From positions 32,001 through 96,000 of IMG/VR virus record IMGVR_UViG_3300042261_000762: a stretch of DNA of 64,000 bases. One strand, 5' to 3'. A model generated the notes under the pieces. It saw only the letters and a list, made by a program, of their open reading frames with translations. It did not search any database and had not been told where the DNA came from. The DNA is from a virus. The translations under genes were made by a program, and so were the position numbers. Shown one piece after another: positions 30,738 to 41,058 of this stretch (position 1 is the first letter of the stretch; the number at the start of each line of letters is the position of its first letter).

Positions 30738-31636
30738 AAGAATCTCTAATTACATATAAAGATTATAAAAGAAAAAGAAATTTCGCTATATGTGTTCATG
30801 ATGTGGTCGAATACGATTATTTAATGGATTTTTTAGAAGACAATAATTTTATATGGGGTGGATCAAGAACTCCCGTTAGGGATTTAAATCTCGCTAGATA
30901 TATTGGAGTTGAAGGAATATATATTTATATATCTTCATATAAAACTATTTCTTGGTCTGGATCATATCCCAAATCTGAAAAAGTTGTACAATTTAATGAT
31001 TTTTTTGTTAGAAGCAATATGAAAAAAATAGAAAGACCTGATCAAGATCCTTATAATGAAGAAGATTGGGGATATGAAACAAATGAACAATCTGACGCGG
31101 AACAATATGCAAAATTTCAAGATTATTATGGTAGATTAAAGGCTAAAAAAGAAGATGACGATTTATTTCCAATATTTAAAGTTGGAGATGAAGTAACTCC
31201 TGAAGATCCATATGGTGAAGAAGATTGGTCTGATAATTTTTATGAAAAAATGACAATTAAATTTTCAAGATTTTCTAAAATACAAGAAAATTCAAAGGAT
31301 GAAGAAATAATTTATATGAAAAATTTGTATGAAGAATATGATTATGTGTCTGATATTATAGAATATCTTAAACCGAAAATAATTGGTCATGAAATTAAAA
31401 TTCAAAAAAGAGATGAGAAAGGAGGGTGGAAAGATTTTATATTTGGATTAAATATTAATTATTATATTGAAAATATTTCAGGACATTATAATGATGATTT
31501 GAAAATAACATTATTAGTTAAACCAAAAGAAATTGGATGGGTTATGATTGATGAAAATTGTATATTAATAATAAAACCAATAGTTCGGGTTTTTTCTAAA
31601 AGCGATCCTTATGGTGAAGAAGTTTGGGAAATGTAA
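30734..31636 (+). CDS. Hypothetical protein with three DPY(G/N)EExW tags
   Basis: QDPYNEEDW, EDPYGEEDW, C-terminal SDPYGEEVWEM. Confidence 0.6.
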   Translation: MKESLITYKDYKRKRNFAICVHDVVEYDYLMDFLEDNNFIWGGSRTPVRDLNLARYIGVEGIYIYISSYKTISWSGSYPKSEKVVQFNDFFVRSNMKKIERPDQDPYNEEDWGYETNEQSDAEQYAKFQDYYGRLKAKKEDDDLFPIFKVGDEVTPEDPYGEEDWSDNFYEKMTIKFSRFSKIQENSKDEEIIYMKNLYEEYDYVSDIIEYLKPKIIGHEIKIQKRDEKGGWKDFIFGLNINYYIENISGHYNDDLKITLLVKPKEIGWVMIDENCILIIKPIVRVFSKSDPYGEEVWEM

Positions 31637-31771
31637 AAAAGAATAGAAATAATGAGAGATTGGTTTTTTCTTTTATATTTTGGAATAATAGGATTTATAG
31701 CAATAATATTCATGTTCCTATCTTATATGGGAATTTTATTATATTATCCAATATATTTATTAATAAAAAAA

Positions 31772-32989
31772 TTATAATATAGGATATACTATTTCTGGAA
31801 ATACTTGAAGTATTTCTTCCTTCTTGTTTTCATAAGGAATCTGATTTAGTATATATCTCATAGCATTCAATTTAGCAAACCTCTTATCGTTGGAATCTAC
31901 AATAATCCAAGGCGATTTCTCTGTCGAAGTCTTTCTAAACATTTCTTCTTTATAAGCAGAGAAAGCATCCCATTTTTCCATAGCCTTAGCATCATTTGGA
32001 CTAAATTTCCAATATTTCAATGGACTGGTTTGTCTCAATTTAAATCTTATTTTCTGAGTACTGTCTGTTATAGAAAACCAGAACTTAATTAGATAATAAC
32101 CACTATCTATCATTTTATATTCAAATGGTAATACTTCTTGCATAAATTCTTTATATTGTTCCGTTGTACAATATCCCATTACTGGTTCGACGACAGCCCT
32201 ATTATACCAGCTTCTATCATAAAATGCTATTTGTTGACTACTTGGAAGAACTTCCAAATATCTTTTAAACCAATTTTTCTTCTCTTCATCTGAAGGTATT
32301 CCGAATGTATTTATTCTATATGAATTTGGTGGAAGATTTTCAACAGCACTCTTTATAAAAGATCCTTTACCCGCAGCGTCTCTTCCTTCTAATACAATGA
32401 TGAGTTTTTTATTATTTGATTTCAACCATTCTAACATATGTAACAATTCAATATGTAATTGTGCCTTTTCAATTTCAAATCTATTTCTCTTCATTCTAAA
32501 TCTTGGCGCTTCAGCAACTACTTTTCTCCATTCATCAAATTCTTTTCCACTTAAATATGGATCATAGTAAACGTCTTCAGTGTCTATATCATCGTGAGTA
32601 TCTTTTATATCAATATTTTGTTCTTGGTTGTACATTATTTTCAATCTCTTAGGAATAGTTGATATATAGTCATTAAAATAAACATCAATTTTCTTTTCCT
32701 TCCCCTTTAACATTAGGTTATTAATTCCTCTGAAAAAAGTGTCAATATTTAATTCTTCAACTACTTTTCTATCAACAGTGCCTTCTATTTCTTGAAGTAA
32801 AGCTTTATCAATTTTTCTGATTTCGCCTTTCATTATTTTATTCTTATATGATGTAAGAATTCTAATAAGATCTGTTTCTAATTTTTCAATATCGTCTTGA
32901 CTATCGAAATAAGATCTAATGTTATGAAGAAGTTTAGTAAATTCCTTCTTTAAGTCCTCATTGAGAAATTCACCATAGTTATTTATCAT
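31772..32989 (-). CDS. ppk2: Polyphosphate kinase 2 with N-terminal extension
   Basis: LEGRDAAGKG, WFKRY, DRSWYNRA, KFWFSI, WKFSPND, SPWIIVDSNDKR; leader MINNYGEFLNE. Confidence 0.92.
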   Translation of the reverse strand: MINNYGEFLNEDLKKEFTKLLHNIRSYFDSQDDIEKLETDLIRILTSYKNKIMKGEIRKIDKALLQEIEGTVDRKVVEELNIDTFFRGINNLMLKGKEKKIDVYFNDYISTIPKRLKIMYNQEQNIDIKDTHDDIDTEDVYYDPYLSGKEFDEWRKVVAEAPRFRMKRNRFEIEKAQLHIELLHMLEWLKSNNKKLIIVLEGRDAAGKGSFIKSAVENLPPNSYRINTFGIPSDEEKKNWFKRYLEVLPSSQQIAFYDRSWYNRAVVEPVMGYCTTEQYKEFMQEVLPFEYKMIDSGYYLIKFWFSITDSTQKIRFKLRQTSPLKYWKFSPNDAKAMEKWDAFSAYKEEMFRKTSTEKSPWIIVDSNDKRFAKLNAMRYILNQIPYENKKEEILQVFPEIVYPIL

Positions 32990-33071
32990 TTAAAAGAATG
33001 CTTTTTCTTTCTATATATAAAAATATTTTTTCTAAAAATAAACTTTAATACGATGATTACATATCATATTT

Positions 33072-33539
33072 ATGAAAAAGCTATTATTAACTCTGTTATC
33101 ATTCTTGGCTTCCGTAATTGTCTTTGGCCAAGTTCAGTTTGATCAAATGATCAACATCGACGACTATTTAGGTCTCAATAAACAACAAATTAAAAAGGTA
33201 ATGAAATCTGAAGGTATAAAACCAAACATTTCAGATAAATTATATGTTATTGTTAATGAAAAAGGAAGTTGGGATTTAGATGAAAAGAATTACTCTTATA
33301 TATTTGACTATGATGATTATCATATAATATCATCATTTAATAATATTACAGATAAATGTGTTCGCACACACGTAAAAACTAAAATAGATTATTTTTATGA
33401 TTATGTTAAATTATTTGATAAAACATACAAGAGAAGTAATAGCGATTTAGTTTGGTATGGTGCAGATGTAAAAATAGTTATACACTTTATAATATCAGAA
33501 GACAAATATTATATGGGAATATATTACGAAAAACAATAA
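33072..33539 (+). CDS. Secreted hypothetical protein
   Basis: Signal peptide MKKLLLTLLSFLASVIVFGQ. Confidence 0.65.
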   Translation: MKKLLLTLLSFLASVIVFGQVQFDQMINIDDYLGLNKQQIKKVMKSEGIKPNISDKLYVIVNEKGSWDLDEKNYSYIFDYDDYHIISSFNNITDKCVRTHVKTKIDYFYDYVKLFDKTYKRSNSDLVWYGADVKIVIHFIISEDKYYMGIYYEKQ

Positions 33540-33778
33540 AAAATAACTAAAAAAGATGGAAGTAAAAGAATTGCAATTTATTAAAGGAAAAACCTTAAAT
33601 GAAGCTAAGAAATTAGTTGAACCATTCTGGATTGAAGAAACCAGAGTTGATGGAGTTGATAAATATGTTTCGGCTGAGCTACATAAGAAAAGAATTTTAG
33701 TTGAAACTTCCAAAGGAATAATTACAAAAATTATAGGAAATTATTAAAATAAATATTAAATTTGTAAAAAGAAAAGTT

Positions 33779-34273
33779 ATGAAGAAAATTTTTATGACAT
33801 TGATTGGTATTGTATTTACAATAACCACTTTATTTGGACAAACTTTCATTGGCATGGATAAGAAAGATGTAATGAAAGATATTAAAGTTAACGCTAAGAG
33901 TATTGGAAAGCCTGAAAAGGATGATAGAGGTTATTACTCTATTACTGCTAAATTTGATAATAACACAAACATGTATTCATTTACCGATGAAGATATGTGT
34001 TATTTCTACATGATTATGGAATATTATAGTTTAGAAAGATATAACTTTACTCTAAATTATTACGACCAAAATTATTTGAGAATTTATGATGATAGAAAAG
34101 AAAATAAATTTGATAATACTGTAACTATTTGGAAAGAACCAAAAGGAGAAACTCTCATCTATAGATGGATTGTAGTAAATTATAATACTGGTGTCATGTA
34201 CACACTCTATCTAACAAAAGAAAATTACGAGAATAATAAATATTCTTATTTGAAATCACTATTAGGGAGTTAA
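33779..34273 (+). CDS. Secreted hypothetical protein
   Basis: Signal peptide MKKIFMTLIGIVFTITTLFGQ; TAAATTTG box upstream. Confidence 0.65.
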   Translation: MKKIFMTLIGIVFTITTLFGQTFIGMDKKDVMKDIKVNAKSIGKPEKDDRGYYSITAKFDNNTNMYSFTDEDMCYFYMIMEYYSLERYNFTLNYYDQNYLRIYDDRKENKFDNTVTIWKEPKGETLIYRWIVVNYNTGVMYTLYLTKENYENNKYSYLKSLLGS

Positions 34274-34275
34274 AA

Positions 34276-34799
34276 ATGAAAATAAGAATAAATAAAGCCG
34301 GGAATAAAAAACATCTTCGTACAAGATAACGAATCAAAATCTAAAAAAAGGGACACTGAGGGGATTACACTTTCAGTGTCCTCCTTTTGAACAAGGAAAA
34401 TTAGTTAGAGTTATAAATGGTTCGGCGAGTGGTATAAGAACTTAGTAAATGAAGAATTTGATGTTGATGTTGTGACAAGATACATCGGTTATTGATTTCG
34501 CTGTAGATTTAAGGAAAAATTCACCAACTTACGGTAAATGGACATCCGCTACACTAACATCTGAAAATAAACATATATTCTGGGTGCCACCGGGATTTGC
34601 ACACGGTTTTGTGGCATTAGAAGATGATACAGTTTTTTCTTATAAATGTACAAATGTATATAATAAAGAATCCGAAAGATGTATAATATGGAATGATGAG
34701 GATTTAAATATAGATTGGCAAATAAAATCCCCAATATTATCGTTAAAAGATACTATGGGGATTTCATTTAAAGATTTTGAATCGCCTTTTATTCTATAG
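34276..34799 (+). pseudogene. rmlC: dTDP-4-dehydrorhamnose 3,5-epimerase pseudogene
   Basis: FVQDNESKS..GLHFQ..EQGKLVRV, IDFAVDLRKNSPTYGKW and VPPGFAHGF..YKCTNVY..WND are split by frameshifts and a 63-nt insertion (34427-34489) containing in-frame stops. Confidence 0.85.
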
Positions 34800-35808
34800 A
34801 TTTCATAGTTTTTAGAATTTTTCTTGTTACTCTATAAGGATCCATATTTGAAGCCGGTCTTCTATCTTCCAAATACCCCTTCCAATCATTTAAAGGAACA
34901 GATATAGGAATTCTAATTGATGCTCCTCTATCAGATAATCCATAAGAAAAAGTATTTATATCAGCAGTTTCATGATGCCCTGTCAATCTTTCATCATTAT
35001 TTGACCCATAAGCCAAGATATGTTCATCGTGGTTTTTTCTTAAAGCTTCACATATACTTGTAAAATATTCTCTGCCTCCTTCATCTCTCATTTTAGTATT
35101 CGAAAAATTAACGTGACACCCACTCCCATTCCAGTTTCCTTTAACTGGTTTTGGGTGAAGTTCTATTTTTAGACTATATTTTTCTGATAATCTATTTAAT
35201 AAATACCTAGCCAACCAGAGATCGTCCGATGCTTGTTGTGCCCCTTTTCCAAATAACTGAAATTCCCACTGTCCAAGTAATACTTCAGCATTTATCCCTG
35301 TTACATCAAGACCAGATTCTAAACAGGCATCTAGGTGTTCTTCAACTAATTGTCTAGCCTCAACGTGTCCGTGACCTACTGAGCAATAATACATACCTTG
35401 TCCTTCTGGATAACCATTTTCAGGAAAACCAACTGGTCTATTTGTTTTAGGATTTATTAGTGTATATTCTTGTTCAAACCCCCACCAAAAATCACTATCA
35501 TTTGAATATTCGTTTAATTTTGCCCTTCTATTAGAGATATGTGGCGTTCTGTCTGGATTAAGAACTTCGCACATAACAAGAAAAGCATTTTTTCTCTGTG
35601 GATCTTTTATCATTCTAACTGGTTTTATCAAACAATCAGAAGAATGACCGTCTGCTTGTTGAGTTGAACTTCCATCGAAACTCCACTCTGGCAATTGCCA
35701 CGGATATTGAAATTCTTCTTTTAGAACTTTAGTTTTGGATCTAAGATTTGGGTCGGGTCTGTACCCATCTAACCAAATATATTCATAACGGTATTTCTCA
35801 AGTATCAT
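34789..35808 (-). CDS. glnII: Glutamine synthetase type II
   Basis: EYIWLDG, LRSKT, WSFDGSST, GFEQEY, GINAEV, QWEFQ, WNGSGCH, RLTGHHET, DRGASIRIP, YLEDRRPASNMDPY. Confidence 0.95.
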   Translation of the reverse strand: MILEKYRYEYIWLDGYRPDPNLRSKTKVLKEEFQYPWQLPEWSFDGSSTQQADGHSSDCLIKPVRMIKDPQRKNAFLVMCEVLNPDRTPHISNRRAKLNEYSNDSDFWWGFEQEYTLINPKTNRPVGFPENGYPEGQGMYYCSVGHGHVEARQLVEEHLDACLESGLDVTGINAEVLLGQWEFQLFGKGAQQASDDLWLARYLLNRLSEKYSLKIELHPKPVKGNWNGSGCHVNFSNTKMRDEGGREYFTSICEALRKNHDEHILAYGSNNDERLTGHHETADINTFSYGLSDRGASIRIPISVPLNDWKGYLEDRRPASNMDPYRVTRKILKTMKSIE

Positions 35809-35835
35809 TCTTTATAATTTATTTTTTAAAAACAG

Positions 35836-35862
35836 AAAAGGGTGGAATTATCCACCCTTTTT
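35836..35862. terminator. Intrinsic terminator-like hairpin
   Basis: AAAAGGGTGGA-ATTA-TCCACCCTTTT. Confidence 0.65.
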
Positions 35863-36243
35863 AGTTTATGTTTTTATTGTAATTAATTTCATATATCTTA
35901 TATATTAAAAATATTTTTTTGTTTATTTTAATCGACTTCTGACCAGTTACATATTCTTTCCCGCTGAAGCTTTCATTTGATTTAATTTTAAAGACATATT
36001 TTTACCAAGATGAAGCGAATTTTTTATCTCCCCAGTGAAAATCAATAAAATTAACTTTACACGGTTTTCCTATTAATCTAATATAATATGTGTTATCTTC
36101 AAAACCAAAGGTGTCTTGAAGACAATCCATAATAGTAGATTTCCCTGCACCGTTATCTATTTTTTCTAGAAATATAAAATCTTTTAATGTTTTCTTGGTT
36201 ACTTCTTCTTCCTCAGTATGTTGTTCGTTGAATTTTAAAACTT

Positions 36244-37071
36244 TCATTTGAAGTCATTGTATTTTTTTATTCTTTCATCGACGGAATCTTTTCCATACCA
36301 CTTTATATTTCCACCGTTGAAATTATTAGCATCCATTTCATTTAATAATTCATCTTTATATTCTTGTGCTTTTTTCTTAGTTCCTTTGGAATAATATCCT
36401 CCTTTGTAATTAATTATATGATCTAAAGTATTTTTTATAAATTCCTCTGCAGTCGTTACTCTTGTGCCGACTACTTTCATGTTTTCTCCTTCTACTGTAA
36501 TAGATCCATTACAACACTCACCCCATCCTTCTTCCATTAAATCTTGATCCATTTCTGTTAATCTCTCAGATTCAAACCAACGAGGATAAGCTGATCCATC
36601 TCCACCATTACCGACTGAATACCATAAAGTTAATTTTGCCATATCTTAAAAATTTTTGAAATCGTTGAACCTATGAATATTTTTCAATTCTTTTGGTGGT
36701 TCTTTTTCTTTCATTATTTTTTCTTTTAATCTTTTATTTTTCATCGCGTTTAACATACCTGGACATGTACAACCCCATACTGTTTCTGGCCAGACTATAG
36801 ATATTCCATTACCGTGTTCTGAACCACAATAGGGGCAATAAGCATAATTGCCTTTATATTTTATGGGCAACATATCTAGTTCTTTAGTGTCACTATCGAC
36901 TATTCCTTTTTTTAATTTATCTTCAATTTTTTCTATCTTCACTGCTTTTCTCATTCCTTCACAATCACACATTTTTACGATATCTGCATATACATTAGAT
37001 ATACCATTACCGAATTCTCTATTACAATAAGGACAATATAAATAATTCCCTCTACTTTTTATAGGTAGCAT
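36244..37071 (-). CDS. Two hypothetical proteins (36244-36642; 36646-37071 with duplicated Cys module)
   Basis: MLPIKxxGNYxYCPYC..GNGIS..CxCxGM occurs twice in the second; both end in (K/R)(Y/F)NDF. Confidence 0.6.
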
Positions 37072-37594
37072 ACTATTTGTTTTTTATTTATATATTAAAA
37101 ATGAAATTTAATTTATGCCAAATCCTGAAAAATAATCGCCGCCTTGGTTGTCATCTAGTATGGTGTAATCGAATTCTTCACCTAATACTATTTCTATTCC
37201 GTATTTATTATTGAAATATTCTGTGGCATATTCGTCAGCTAGATAATACAACTCACCTACTGGACCTATAGATGAAAAATGAACATGATCTTCTAAAATC
37301 ATTTTTTCCATTTCATTAGAAAACAAAATAATATTCAATATACTTTGAATCTCTTTCATATCTAATCTTTCATCGCCATTTTGTATTAACTTATATTGGC
37401 TGTATGGTGTGATTTCATTTAGTAAAAGATATGATGTTATATTATTCTCTCTTAAAAAACTTTCAAGAACTGGAGAAGATTTTATTTTATGCACTATTTG
37501 TTTAGTATAATTAATAGTTTTGAGGTCGAAGTGTTCTCCCCATCTGTTAAAGAAATCATTTATTTCACCTATTAGAGACATCATAAATTATATA

Positions 37595-38341
37595 TTATTT
37601 TGCAAATTTAAGTTTTAATACACTTTCCAAGAAATTTGTTCCAGGAAACATTAGATCTATATTCAATAAATAAGAATCCAATTCTTTATCGTAATCATAA
37701 CCACTGAATTGCATTTCATCAAAATTACTAAATAAACTTAAAGCATATTTATATTGAGACTCCTTATCAAAATAAAAGAAATCTTTTTCATTTAAAATAT
37801 AATCTCTAAATATCTGAGTATTAAAATATTGAGATGTAGTAATAAAACTAATTTCATCAAATAGTGACTTGAATCCTTTTTTCAGATATATGTCAAAATC
37901 AAGATCTAGATATTCTATGATATATTTTAGGTTATTAGATATGTTTAGTGGATTTTCTGTAGCTATGTATTTTAGGCCGCTTGGTTCGAGATTCATTCCC
38001 ATTTTATTTAGCATAACATTCATAAGAGTTGGAAGGATGTCCCAACTATAATAGAAGAATGTTGGTATAAATTCGCTGTCTGGAGTAAGAATAAAAACAA
38101 ATCTAAAATCCTTATAATAAAAGTCAACGAATCTGCCTATTTTTTGATATTCATTTGATTTGAATATATCTTCAAGAATTGTTATGTCGGTTTCTTGTGG
38201 TATGATTATTTTAATATAATCAAATAACTGTTTTTCTTTATAAACAAAAGGAATTTCATTACGAATTTCCTTTCCATCTAATTTATCAGAAACTTCTTTA
38301 AGAAGTTTAAGGAATTCAGGTCTTTCCAGTTTCCTGCTCAT
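37595..38341 (-). CDS. Degenerate Pol-beta-superfamily nucleotidyltransferase-like protein
   Basis: Layout IPFVYKEKQLFDYIKII...FYYSW..L..L..KMGM..GL..YLDLD..GF..FITTSQYFN recalls a phage NTase family, but the GDxD residues are missing. Confidence 0.4.
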   Translation of the reverse strand: MSRKLERPEFLKLLKEVSDKLDGKEIRNEIPFVYKEKQLFDYIKIIIPQETDITILEDIFKSNEYQKIGRFVDFYYKDFRFVFILTPDSEFIPTFFYYSWDILPTLMNVMLNKMGMNLEPSGLKYIATENPLNISNNLKYIIEYLDLDFDIYLKKGFKSLFDEISFITTSQYFNTQIFRDYILNEKDFFYFDKESQYKYALSLFSNFDEMQFSGYDYDKELDSYLLNIDLMFPGTNFLESVLKLKFAK

Positions 38342-38547
38342 ATAATTTTATTAATTCATTTTTTGCATCCATATAAGATGGAAAAACTTTAACATTGGCA
38401 TATTCCAAATCGTTCTCAAGAATATATGCCCATCCATACCATTTTCTTTCTTTTATGGCATAGAACCACACGGCGTTTAATCTCTTCTTAGCGGTGAAAG
38501 AAGTCTTTGATATTGACCAAGTACTTACTTTTCTATATTTAACTATT

Positions 38548-38967
38548 TTATATTTTTTCAATTAACTCATTAAATTTTTCTTCAAATATGATATTATCTG
38601 GTATTTCTTCAATTCTAAACATCATAGCCATTTCCTCGGGAGAATAGAAATTTAAATTTGTGCCTTCGCCTTTGTATGCAATAAAAAAATCTTTATCTGG
38701 ATTCTCCTTTGCAAATACATAAAGTCCATGTATTTCTTGCATTATCTGTCCAACTGTTCTGCTAGGTTGTTTTTTCTTTGTCAAATCTTTTGTTATAATA
38801 GCATAAGATTGTCCTTGCATACCGTGACACCTTCCATATATGGCTCCGAAATTTTGATAAGCATATAGGGCTGCACCTTTACCGTGTCGACCTTCTGTGT
38901 TAGCACCAAATACAAATATTTCATTAGGTAATAATTCTTTTATATCACCTTTATAAGTTCTTCTCAT
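38548..38967 (-). CDS. Macro-like phage protein (IFVFGxNxxGxHGxGAA family)
   Basis: EIFVFGANTEGRHGKGAALYA..FGA.YG..G.QGQSYAI.TK. Confidence 0.75.
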   Translation of the reverse strand: MRRTYKGDIKELLPNEIFVFGANTEGRHGKGAALYAYQNFGAIYGRCHGMQGQSYAIITKDLTKKKQPSRTVGQIMQEIHGLYVFAKENPDKDFFIAYKGEGTNLNFYSPEEMAMMFRIEEIPDNIIFEEKFNELIEKI

Positions 38968-38969
38968 TT

Positions 38970-39506
38970 TTAATCCTCCCAAATTTCTTCACCATAAGGA
39001 TCTAAATCTGATATTATTTGTCCTCTTGGCTCTTCTGGTTCATTATTATTATATTTAAAATCTAAGTATGCCAAATGTCCAACTGGAGCTGACATAGGTT
39101 TAACAGCAACTAAATCAAGTCCAATAGTTTTAGCCGCCACTTTCATGGAAAGTGGTAATAACCCTTCGTTACAATCACGAATAGATGTTCCTTCATCATC
39201 CCAGTTTTCCTCACCGTAAGGATCTATTTCTGATATTTTTTGTCCTTTTGGTTCTTGGTGTGCATCCCAATAAGGGTCATAAGATCCAAAATAACCATTA
39301 ATATCATCTATAACTGGATTCTCACTCGGTTTAACCTTTACTAGATCAAGCCCAATAGTTTGCTTAGCTTTATTCCAAGTGTCAGCATTAATATTATCAT
39401 TCCAATCATCGTAGAAATTCCTCCACTCTGGTGATATACCAAGTTTGCTCCACCTATCTATTACTTCTTGGCGGGTATCTTTAATTTTCCCATTGTTCTT
39501 CTCCAT
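38970..39506 (-). CDS. Major-capsid-protein fragment (gp23-like N-proximal region) with two DPYGEE tags
   Basis: LLPLSMKVAAKTIGLDLVAVKPMSAPVGHLAYLDFKY parallels the gp23 IAFDICGVQPMxxPTG region (recalled). Confidence 0.7.
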   Translation of the reverse strand: MEKNNGKIKDTRQEVIDRWSKLGISPEWRNFYDDWNDNINADTWNKAKQTIGLDLVKVKPSENPVIDDINGYFGSYDPYWDAHQEPKGQKISEIDPYGEENWDDEGTSIRDCNEGLLPLSMKVAAKTIGLDLVAVKPMSAPVGHLAYLDFKYNNNEPEEPRGQIISDLDPYGEEIWED

Positions 39507-39855
39507 ATGGATCTAAATCTGAATATACTCTTTTTATTTCTTTTCTTGGAGTTCTAACTAAATGTTCTACCTCTCTTTTAATTATATCTCTTAAATTAGA
39601 TCTTACATCTATATTAAAGTAAGATCTCATATCTTCTAACATACTCCTATTAACAGAACAACTTATTTCTCTTCCGTCCAATAGTCTGATCCTCATTCTT
39701 GGAGCCCATGTAGCCTCACTAATCATTTGAACAGACTGTATTCCATATTCTATCATTTCTTCTTCAGAGAATAAAGAATTATCTTTACTTGTAGTTTTCT
39801 CTATAACAGGTTTTGACTGTTCTTTATATCTTTCCCAATTATTAAAAAAATTCAT
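39481..39855 (-). CDS. Major-capsid-protein fragment chimera with DPYGEE tag
   Basis: QSVQMISEATWAPRM and MLEDMRSYFNIDVRSNLRDIIKRE (cf. gp23 ELAQDLRAVHGMDADAEL..E, recalled). Confidence 0.55.
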   Translation of the reverse strand: MNFFNNWERYKEQSKPVIEKTTSKDNSLFSEEEMIEYGIQSVQMISEATWAPRMRIRLLDGREISCSVNRSMLEDMRSYFNIDVRSNLRDIIKREVEHLVRTPRKEIKRVYSDLDPYGEEQWEN

Positions 39856-39856
39856 A

Positions 39857-40111
39857 TTATTCCTCCCAATCTTCTTCTCCAAAAGGATCTAGTTCAGAAT
39901 ATATCCTTTTTATTTCTTTTTGTTTTGACGGAATATTTATTGTAGAATAAAATCTATTATCTATCATAGTTGTTGCATACCTAGATTTAATAGTCTTCTT
40001 TGGAATATTAGTTGAAACATCCACAACTTCACATGGTTTATAAGGCATGTAAACATAACCTTGATTATTTTTTATCCTTTCCATCTCTAGTCTATACATA
40101 TTATAACTCAT
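39857..40111 (-). CDS. Major-capsid-protein C-terminal fragment with DPFGEE tag
   Basis: GYVYMPY...PKKTIKSRYA..IDNRFYSTI (cf. gp23 GIYYAPY...PVMGFKTRYG, recalled). Confidence 0.7.
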   Translation of the reverse strand: MSYNMYRLEMERIKNNQGYVYMPYKPCEVVDVSTNIPKKTIKSRYATTMIDNRFYSTINIPSKQKEIKRIYSELDPFGEEDWEE

Positions 40112-40114
40112 AAT

Positions 40115-40309
40115 TTAATCCTCCCAATCTTCTTCCCCAAAAGGATCTAAGTCTGAATATACTCTCTTTATTTCCTTTTCTGGCATACTGTGTAATACTG
40201 AATATTCTCTAATCCATGCCATTTTTTCTTCGTCTGTTATTTTAAGTTTGCGTTCTTGCGGTAAAACCCAACTCTTTACAGCTTTTTCTTTATCTATAAT
40301 TAAATACAT
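40115..40309 (-). CDS. Putative capsid-protein N-terminal fragment with DPFGEE tag
   Basis: IDKEKAVKSW...AWIREYSVLH resembles the KW-P-L start of gp23-type propeptides. Confidence 0.45.
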   Translation of the reverse strand: MYLIIDKEKAVKSWVLPQERKLKITDEEKMAWIREYSVLHSMPEKEIKRVYSDLDPFGEEDWED

Positions 40310-40312
40310 AAA

Positions 40313-40699
40313 TTAATCCTCCCAATCTTCTTCGCCATAAGGATCTAAATCTGTAAATTTTTGACCCTTTGGTACATGAGTACTATTATTGCTTATTCCT
40401 CCTGTTCCACTTGATCCACTTACTCCATGAGGACTACAAGAATAATAAGGTCTCCCTATTCCGGCAACTCCTGATGTTCCGCTAGTGCCTACTGCACCAC
40501 TCATTCCCATTTTAGCCTTACTAAATCCTGGATCTGCCACTATATCGTAAGATAATATTTTGTGGGATTTAATATATCTATCTACTACTTCTCCTACTCC
40601 TCTACTACAAACAACAAAATTAGCAGGCGCTGTTCTGCCAGCCTCTGATATTATATTAGAAGCTTCAAGTATCTTGCCTACTAATTTTTTGTTGTTCAT
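40313..40699 (-). CDS. Major-capsid-protein central fragment, Gly/Ser linker and DPYGEE tag
   Basis: KLVGKILEASNIISEAGRTAPANFVVCSRGV (cf. gp23 QIDKEAVEIARQTGRGEGNFIIASRNV, recalled). Confidence 0.7.
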   Translation of the reverse strand: MNNKKLVGKILEASNIISEAGRTAPANFVVCSRGVGEVVDRYIKSHKILSYDIVADPGFSKAKMGMSGAVGTSGTSGVAGIGRPYYSCSPHGVSGSSGTGGISNNSTHVPKGQKFTDLDPYGEEDWED

Positions 40700-41058
40700 A
40701 ATTCTATACTTCCTATCCCCTCATTCCTATCTATACATATTGCTGTAGCCGAATTAGACCCGTCTGATTTCTTATCATTTATAACTATTCTCTCACCTCT
40801 ACCTAATCCCATAACAAGTTGATCATATACAACACCAGATTCAGCTAATTGTTTAATAGTAAAATCTCTTAAACATTCCCTTCTTCCTGTAGTTATAACA
40901 ACATAATAACCAGCCACTTCCCATTCGTCTAATTTTTCTTTAACTCCAGGTAAAAGAACTGTTTCATTATCTTTCAAGGATGACGAATGTCCTCCGTGAT
41001 GTTTTAATAAACATCCGTCTATGTCTAGAAAAATTACTTTACTACTATAATCTATCAT
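40696..41058 (-). CDS. Small HAD-family phosphatase
   Basis: FLDIDG, ITTGR, YDQLVMG, INDK. Confidence 0.8.
   Translation of the reverse strand: MIDYSSKVIFLDIDGCLLKHHGGHSSSLKDNETVLLPGVKEKLDEWEVAGYYVVITTGRRECLRDFTIKQLAESGVVYDQLVMGLGRGERIVINDKKSDGSNSATAICIDRNEGIGSIEL

Noticed and set aside
34427-34489. rmlC insertion as a T4 gene 60-style ribosomal bypass or intron
   Set aside because: No matched take-off and landing codons, and independent frameshifts upstream already inactivate the gene.
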